From positions 127,129 through 191,128 of the forward strand of contig NMRA01000168.1 of assembly GCA_002633005.1 (NCBI GenBank): 64,000 nt of DNA, read 5' to 3'. The notes beneath the pieces are model-generated. The model was given only the letters and a program-made list of their open reading frames with translations, did not search any database and had not been told where the DNA came from. A program made the translations under genes and the position numbers. This stretch comes from Phoronis australis. Lineage: Eukaryota; Animalia; Phoronida. Below are positions 55,901-64,000 of the stretch, piece by piece; position 1 is the stretch's first letter, and each line of letters begins with the position of its first letter.

Positions 55901-58900
55901 CTGTAAACGACTATTGCTCGATTTTCAGCCTTTTGATGTTGTCGTCTCCATTGTGTTCATAAGAGCCTGTAACAAAATGAACAATTGGTGATGTCTTCAT
56001 TGTGTTCATAAGAGCATGTGACAAAATGAACAAATCACCCAAGGAAAATTTAACTTTTTTAAGTCAGAACTATTGGTATGGTTTACTTTACTTCTTTAAA
56101 TATTATTTAACTGCTAAACAAAATCTTAAAGCAAGGTATGACTTAGTCTCTGTTTTGTTTAAAAAGTCTTTTTAAGAATACTTTTGGTTTCGCACAGGGG
56201 AGCTTTTAGAACATGTGCTTCATGAGAATGTGTTCGTCATTGGTCTCTGGAGGCATTGGGATAAGAAATAGTCACTTATACTTAAAGACAAATCAGTTGG
56301 AGGCAGACGTTTCGGTCTGGTACGCCAGGCCTTTGTCAATGAATGAGGGTTTTCCTGCCTTTCGCATAGAGAGTATATTGTAGTACAGGAGAGGTAAATG
56401 TAAACCGTGGACCCGGTTCAAGAGGGGAACAGTTGTCACGGTGCGACTTATTCCACATAAGTCGCATTTACACGACATTAGATCGCAGACTGTCTCCGTG
56501 TGAGTCAATTACACAACAACTGCCCGCGCATGCTCGCGTAAAGAATAGCGAACGTTCAAACCACATGGAATGCCAGGGGATCACCCCTAGATACGCTGCT
56601 GCGTAAGCACATTGAAAGATGATCCCTTTCCGCCTTGCCCCAATTGTATTTACACATGTAATTGACTCTGGAGCAACTGATCGAGTACAACTTGCTAACT
56701 CGATTTACCTCTCAAAGCGGTGTCAAAANGGGTTTTCCTGCCTTTCGCATAGAGAGTATATTGTAGTACAGGAGAGGTAAATGTAAACCGTGGACCCGGT
56801 TCAAGAGGGGAACAGTTGTCACGGTGCGACTTATTCCACATAAGTCGCATTTACACGACATTAGATCGCAGACTGTCTCCGTGTGAGTCAATTACACAAC
56901 AACTGCCCGCGCATGCTCGCGTAAAGAATAGCGAACGTTCAAACCACATGGAATGCCAGGGGATCACCCCTAGATACGCTACTGCGTAAGCACATTGAAA
57001 GATGATCCCTTTCCGCCTTGCCCCAATTGTATTTACACATGTAATTGACTCTGGAGCAACTGATCGAGTACAACTTGCTAACTCGCTTTACCTCTCAAAC
57101 CGGTGTCAAAAATGGCCGCCGCGATGTCAACTTGCTCCGTCTTCACACACGTACTCGCGCCTGATGAGCTGTTCCGCGTTAGTTTCTCCGTGATAGCTGT
57201 CTCCCGTTTAAATACGGCTTTAGTTGGTTGGAGGGAGGTGGTCACCATTGGTTTTGTATTGGACGAGTTCTTGTGATTGGGTCAAAAGAAGTGGCGTAAT
57301 TGGTTTTGGTCTGTGTATTTAGAAAATTGATGCAATGCTGCTCTATTGGTTTTTGTTGTTGTCCATATTGTCTGAAGCAAGCTGAAGTGAGTCGGAATAA
57401 TTCTTTTTTCTCCTGTGTCACCTTATGGCAGTTGCAATAAGCCATGATCCTTTGTTTTGTCCTTAAACTGTGAGCCACGGGTTTCAAAAAGAGTTGGGGA
57501 CAGACCTGAACCAATCAGGGACAGTTACTTCAACTTACTTCTGTCTCTACCTCATCATGTTTCACAAAGCCACTTTGAAGCAAAAAATTACTTTTGTCTC
57601 ATTATACCTTGTAATATCACAAAATGTTAAATACTATTAAATTCTATAACCATGTCACAAACTGACTTTCTATTTTAGTATTATGATAAGCCCCTGGCTT
57701 ACGTCCAGCAGATCGTAGTCAAGACAGCTGTGTCGCCATGGCAGCAGAAAGACCACATTCCTATTGATGCATTCCGTGCACCCCTCTCCACAGTGTTTGA
57801 TGTCGTGCGCAAGATTGACAACTTTCAGGTCACAAATGGGTAGGGTTTGCTTCCACCTGTTTAATAGTAACAATGTTACCAAATATTTCAAGCTTTTATA
57901 CCGCCACTAAAGAAATTTTGTGGTCGCATCCCATCTGTCTGCCTATCCATCTGTCCTGCATTATATTTGTTTTCTCAAAAGCTCATGATCACAATGAAAT
58001 TTAGCAGAACTTTTGGCAGGTATTCTCTGGCGCCAGATGATTCTCAAACAGATTTCACTAAAATGGCACCCTTTTTGGCCATTTTAGTTTTCAGCAAGAA
58101 ACTCCTTGCTGGTCAAATTGTGGCAAAATGGCTTAGCAAATTTTGCAGAAACTTGACATGTTCACATATGTGGCAGGAATGCACTGTCACCATTTGTTTA
58201 TTGGATGGATTTGACTTCCGGCTTGCCTCCTAACGTCAATTTTTTTCACATTCACCTCTGTAATCTTTGGACATCTTTGATGGATTTTCATAAAGTTTAC
58301 CAAATAGTTCTCTATTCTGGAGAGGACGACGCCTTCCCATTTTCGGATGGGTTTGACCTATTCTGTGCCATCTAACGAACATTTTTGTGATGCTAATAAA
58401 CACCCCTTGAAGCCCTCCGTTTGTGGTGCAGCTGTGTGCTTATTTGAAAGGTTTGTGTTCATCTTGTAGTTTTTGACAAGAAATTCCTGGATTGTCAGTT
58501 ATTAATGAAACCACTTAACGAATTTTGATGATTCCTAATACAGAGGTATGTAGTGGAAATGCACTGGCACCAGCCTCTTCAGACGGAGTGGCGTACCCTA
58601 ACACCTCCTTTTGGCAGTTTTAATTTTTCCACGTTTTACTGCATTGTATATTGTTAACCAAGCAATTTTGAAATTGAAAATACCACTAGATCTAGGTGCA
58701 AAAAATCAGTAATTCATCTGAATGAATTTTGTCCAACTTTAGATGTTATTGTGTTCGTATGTCCTTCCTTTTTTATGTGTATTTCAAATCTACGCGGTTT
58801 TTTTTAATTATGTTTTTCTTTCACATTAACGGTAACTTTCAATTGTTGTTGTTATTTTTCTGATTATACAACATCACATGGTATTCATACCCTCTTGCAG

Positions 58901-61900
58901 TAGTAGCTCGAGGAGCCTTGGACAGCTGTGTCTGCGTGTGACGGAGTCTGTGGATGACTTCAAGCTCAGCTCACTCCTACCACAGTATGATTGCCTTGTG
59001 ATCTCACCCGCCAACTTCTGGCATCGTGATGCCAGCAGGTTAGTCACTTGACTGTTTAGCTGTCTAATTACATCATCTATCTCTTTTTACTGGGGCTTTG
59101 TTGTATATAACCAGCAGTTATCCACTGGATTATTGTGTACATCAAATCCAGTGTTCCAATGTGGCATAGTTATGTTTTCAAATTTGTTGATGACCGTGTG
59201 GTCTCTTCGTGCTCTCTTCACATGGCAGATAGAGAGGTGCCACCACACGTTCATAGTCCAGACCGACAGGATCCCCGTGCAACAATACCTGAGAAGGTGA
59301 GGAATAAACAATCGAGTTGGCCACCTATTCCCCCCCAGCTCTCCTATGGGACAGCGCCCTTGGTGTGTAGTCTGCTTAGAAATTAATTCAAAAAGTTGTA
59401 TGAAAAAGTAGAACTGAGATTACACCAATCTCACACTTTTATCCACCATACTGCACAGTTTTGACACTTACCAGGTGTGATAGTTTTGCTGAAGTTGTTA
59501 TTTCTTTTATTGTAGGTTCATCGCAGATAGTAAAATAATGAAAACTGTTTATTCCAATTATGGTTCAGGCATAAACAGTGCACCATTTCCCAAAGGTTGG
59601 TTGACTTATTTCCTTTGCATCGTGCCTTCATGTTGTAAGAGTACAACAGCAAGTTATACACTTTAATTTATGGTCATTTCCAAGTGTGACACCTAAATCT
59701 CAAATAGGTGTTTGTTGTTGTATAACAAATTTTCTGTATGCTGATCAGTTACTGGACTGAAACATATCGTTTTTGGACAACTCTCTGTCCACAGTCCATG
59801 CTCTTCCACTATGAGTCACTGGTGTTCAGAAAATATATTACTGTGAATTTGCACCAGTTACATAAGTCATGAGGGAATGATTTAATAGTTTATCAAAGGA
59901 CCAATGCACGTCAGTTGTTATGGTGGTGAAATTTGAAGCGAAAACTTTTAAGTTCACAGTCAGCTTAGCTCCATTACTAAACTTTCTTCTGATTTGCCAA
60001 GTTGTGAACTTCTCTTTCAGATATTTTGTTTGGCTTGCCATGGATGGAAACAGGAATCTCAAAGTATTTTATCAGGAACAAGCAGAGAATCATCACATAC
60101 GCCATCAGTATTGTGTTTAAGTCTTATGATGCCAGGTATGTACAGATGTTTGTGGCCAGAAGCAAATTATGAGTTGTTAATTGAGGAATATCAAAATTTT
60201 AATTCGATTAGTTTCTTTGCTTTACTGAAGTGGTTCATTTGTAATATTTTACATACACGATTGGTTTTTATGTTATTTCCAAAAACATTACTGTCCTACT
60301 GTTTGCCCTAAAGAAATTTCTTCCATTGCCGTTAAATTGTTCAGTTGCTACTTCTATGCCTGTTAACAGGATAGTTCTATTTATACAAAAAGTAAACGTA
60401 ATATGAACCATTTTAATGGACTGAGACCACTAATATGTATGCTTTTGTCAGGTTGCACATGTGCAATAAGAACCTCATTCTCATGAGGGTACTTGGCAGT
60501 TCTGCAATGCAAAAACACGTGGTTGTGAGCTCAGTTCCCCTTAAAGTATAAATTGTTGTGAAAGTCTCTTTTTCCTGGAATTTTTTCTCGATCTTAATGA
60601 GGAAAAAATCCACAAGGAGCTTAACAATATACCGGATCTAAAACTAGGGCATATTTGAATTGATGTGTGCTTGGTGTTGAATACTAGTTGTGTAAAGTGC
60701 TTCCTTTGATAAGCGTTGCATTAACACCTGCCATCATTCTCAGCTTCATTGCTGCCTTGAAGTCAGACCTGCACGTGAAGTATCCCTACAGCGAGATCAC
60801 TTGTAATGGCTCCAGCTCAGACATGGTCCACTTCCACTTCAAGAACCGACCAGACTACATGGTGGAGTACAACCCTCTCATCATCACCTACTTCATTCTC
60901 TTCCTCTACATTTATTTCTCTGTTCGTAAGTATCACTGCAGTCATGCTTAGTTCAGATATATAATTCTTTTGCAAGGGCTCAAAAGCGACTTCCACTTGA
61001 TTCAGTCTCAAATTTTGTGGTACAAGATGGACCAAAAAGACTTACAACATAATGTCCCTGTTTTCTGGAACAAGTTCTAGAAGCTGGGCATTATGAATTT
61101 AGATCGGTTTATTTGTTCCAAGTTTTTCATCTTTTCTGACCAATATCAATATCTCACATCTTAACTTGAGGAATTTTTAGAAGTTTCTTCCCCTGTGTAA
61201 TGTTACCCTGTGTTTTCCAGGTAAAATTGAGATGGTCAAGTCCAAGTGGGGCCTAGCTGTCAGTGCTGTGTTGACGGTCACTGCGTCGCTTTTCATGTCT
61301 ATCTCCATTTGTTCGTTCTTTGGGTTGACGCCATCTTTGAATGGAGGGTAAATACTTAGCACCATCTATTAGACTCATCTTCATTCTCGGTCACTAAGAA
61401 ATGGTATAATGACTACTTCAAACCAATTTGAAATGGTGATATTATAAGTCATCTTTACTATTAGTCTATTTACACCGAGCTCCAGGCTATTTACATCATG
61501 TTCAAGCATTTTTATGAGAACGAGCATGGATGACTGTTACATTTATGGTAGGCACTTGAGTTTTATTTGTCCTGGTCCATGTGGCAGGATTTGACCCTGA
61601 ACCCAGAAAAATGTAATCCAAGTGCCCACCCTGAGTGTGCTATATAAAAGCGCTCTACTTAGAATGCTGATAACCTTTGAAGATGGCCGTACAAACCACT
61701 GTCAGAAATGTGCCAATATGAATAGGATGGTATTGCGAGACTAATAAAAACAGTACAACACCTGCATTAAAGTCAATCATAGTGTAGTATTTGCATTTCA
61801 AGCTGCAAGTGGGATGCTTTGTTTTCCATTTTAAAACACAATCATGTGATGTTCGATTATATTTTTGTCATTGTTTAATGTAGTACCGGTATCTTGTTTT

Positions 61901-63650
61901 ACCACTTGAGGACATTTCCCAATTTGTGTACTGATAAAGTTCAAAGCAAAAAGTCTCACTGGAAAATATTAATGAATTTTCTAAATTTTTGGTTCATAAA
62001 AACTCATCCTGAGCACCTTGGCATGGACTCTTGTGTTTTTTATTTTACCACTGGCCAAAGATGAATGCAATGTGCCGAATTTGGTTTGTTTTCTTTTCAG
62101 AGAAATATTCCCCTACTTGGTAGTTGTTGTTGGAATGGAGAATGTGATTGTACTCACCAAGTCAGTCGTCTCAACACCCCTCCATTATGATGTAAAGATT
62201 CGCGTGGCACAAGGTGGGGTTCAATTTCTAAATATAGTTTGGTGTGATGTATCATCATGCTATTGGCAGATGCTGAGCTTTCACAGCACTTGTCTTATTC
62301 ATATGTCCATTCCAGTTATACTGTTACTTGTGCAATGTTGTTTACCAGAATCATCGTACACACTTCCATTGAAATACAAGTTATGTTACGCTTGTCTTCT
62401 GGTCATTGCACTGTTGTTGTTGGAATAAGCCACTGAAATCTGTATTGGAATTCTGTAATAACTACCTTGTGTTAGGATAAAACACGCAACGGTTATTGGA
62501 ATTCTGTAATAACTACCTTGTGTTAGGATAAAACACACAACGGTTTTAAAACGAGACTGATACATTTGCATCTTTGAACAACCGTCTGTTGTTTAACAAC
62601 TTGTATGTGAATTTGAAGAGCTTACTTGTACAATTATAGTTCAAAATGCATGCTGTCTGATGATCAATAAACTTGACTCACTGAAAAACTGGTACACATA
62701 TACGTCACATCATTGCAAGTCAAAACAGGAGAACTTGTCACTGAATGTTTAACTTTAAAAAATCATTATAAAAATTCTTCTGGTGATTACAAACTGAAAT
62801 GACAATGACACACCTTTGTTAATTAACCATCAATTGTTTATAGGTCTGAGTAAAGAAGGCTGGTCCATCACAAAGAACTTACTGACCGAGTTAGCCATCT
62901 TGTTTGTGGGCTTCTTCACCTTTGTACCTGCCATTCAGGTAAGTCGTACTAAAACTACAGGGGATCAGCTAAGGAGAAGTTCTTCTAGCCACGCACTTGT
63001 TGGGTTCAAAAATAAACATTTCCCTTGCCTGCTCATTACAAATGGGATAAACGCATAAAAATTACTATTACTCTGTGCACCTTAAAGTAACTTAATTTCC
63101 ATTATGATATTTGATAAAAGATTCTGTATTGCTTTTGTTTTCGCTAAGCATGATGTCTTCTGTAAGCTATTCATTGTCTTGATAATGTTTTGTCAAGCAT
63201 TAGTTGAGAATGTTAAAAGTCAATCTTTGTCTGTATCTCTGTAGTAAAGTAAGAAACCACATAGAACATGCAATTAAATGAGGATTATTTTTATGTTTGA
63301 AGTTTATAAACTTGTAAGTCAACCTAACATCTCAGTTGTGAATAATGTATATTGTGTCTCCAAAAAGAGACCCACATTGTGTGTTGCTAACTAATGTGCA
63401 TAACACTTATTTATATGTTATAGGTAGAGCTGATGCTCTTGTGTACAAATAAACCATTTCATTATTTCATTAAGTTTATTATACAATGAAATGGGCATTG
63501 AATTCTTAGTCATTGGGTTGCATATAAATATTGTATTCTCAATTTTTGTAGGAATTCTGCCTGTTTGCCTTTGTTGGGGTCTTAACAGATTTCTTTCTTC
63601 AAATGGTGTTCTTTGCAACAACACTATCCATTGATATCCGGCGCATGGAG
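52953..63650 (+). CDS. SCAP: SREBP cleavage-activating protein, 5' part (first 449 codons; continues beyond the window)
   Basis: Exons: 52953-53071 ([25 protein letters not shown]), 53911-54028 ([10 protein letters not shown]), 57679-57839, 58901-59038 ([10 protein letters not shown]), 59516-59595, 60021-60135, 60744-60925 (LYIYFSV, Insig-binding YIYF), 61221-61347 ([12 protein letters not shown]), 62101-62213 ([14 protein letters not shown]), 62844-62938, 63552-63650 (SIDIRRME|, start of the MELADL signal). All GT-AG with consistent phases. Confidence 0.96.
56290..56440 (-). mobile_element. Penelope-like element remnant (ORF C-terminus plus hammerhead-like motif)
   Basis: Peptide [18 protein letters not shown] resembles the (M/L)NRDxGxxLxxxYxxLL end of Penelope GIY-YIG ORFs. 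It is followed by TTGACAAAGGCCTGGCGTACCAGACCGAAACGTC. Confidence 0.6.
56347..57110. repeat. Near-identical duplication of about 380 bp across a single-N junction (probable assembly overlap)
   Basis: 56347-56728 is repeated at 56730-57110, with N at 56729 and about 3 mismatches. Each copy contains the perfect hairpin TGCGACTTAT-TCCAC-ATAAGTCGCA. Confidence 0.8.
57893..58420 (+). mobile_element. HINE/DINE-1-like non-autonomous element, related to repeat 1-1290
   Basis: Starts TTTTATACCGCC, then a decayed (GTCC/GTCT) microsatellite CATCTGTCTGCCTATCCATCTGTCC. Internal repeats carry ACTGTCACCA...TTGGATGGATTTGACTT, matching the reverse complement of about 860-895. Confidence 0.5.
62443..62544. repeat. 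Tandem duplication, 51-bp unit x2
   Basis: TATTGGAATTCTGTAATAACTACCTTGTGTTAGGATAAAACACrCAACGGT occurs twice. Confidence 0.9.
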
Positions 63651-64000
63651 GTAAAAGTATTGTTTTCATGATTGTCCAGACCTGTAGATTTCATAACATA
63701 AAAGATCCGTTTTTAGCATTTACTGTATTGAAACATAGGTCATTCAGATTTGAAAGGGATGTGCTTTTGAAAGTATTGTAAAGTGATTACTCTCTTCTAA
63801 GCTGCTGCCAGCTAAGTAGTCACAAATGATCTAAATTTATCACCAATGGGCTAAGTCCCATTTAAAATGGTCTTGACTAAATTTCTTTATCATCATTTTT
63901 GTTTCTGTATAATAATGTGCATACATTCGCCAATTGATCAATTAGTTAATCATCAATCGCCTGCTATTTCAAAAGCTCACTGATTGTTTTTAATGAGTGT

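Noticed and set aside
56347-57110. Tandem Penelope pLTR or true 380-bp duplication
   Set aside because: The junction is a single N and the copies are almost identical, with mismatches near the contig end. It is treated as an assembly overlap.

Overview
Intron-rich, AT-rich animal genomic DNA. The repeat landscape suggests a marine invertebrate, possibly a lophotrochozoan, but this is inference. The draft assembly has single-N contig junctions at 5832, 8840 and 56729 and a 223-N gap at 47624-47846. Four spliced protein genes can be rebuilt by hand with GT-AG sites and consistent phases. They are the 5' part of PSMB3 (-), a two-exon alpha-crystallin/small heat shock protein gene (-), complete DHX8/PRP22 (-, 23 exons, about 1216 aa), and the 5' part of SCAP (+), head-to-head with DHX8. 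Also present: tRNA-Arg(CCG) in PSMB3 intron 1, a decayed CR1/L2-type LINE, a young Gypsy LTR element showing only gag, Penelope remnants with hammerhead-like cores, and many non-autonomous repeats. The standout is the small HSP. The ORF track shows only its second exon. Joining the upstream exon gives a 428-aa protein with a signal peptide, a His/Cys-rich mature N-terminus, a long E/R helix and an alpha-crystallin domain. Its TATA+Inr promoter carries two tandem TGACGTGG (UPRE/XBP1-type) sites. It is a candidate ER/secretory, unfolded-protein-response-controlled animal sHSP.
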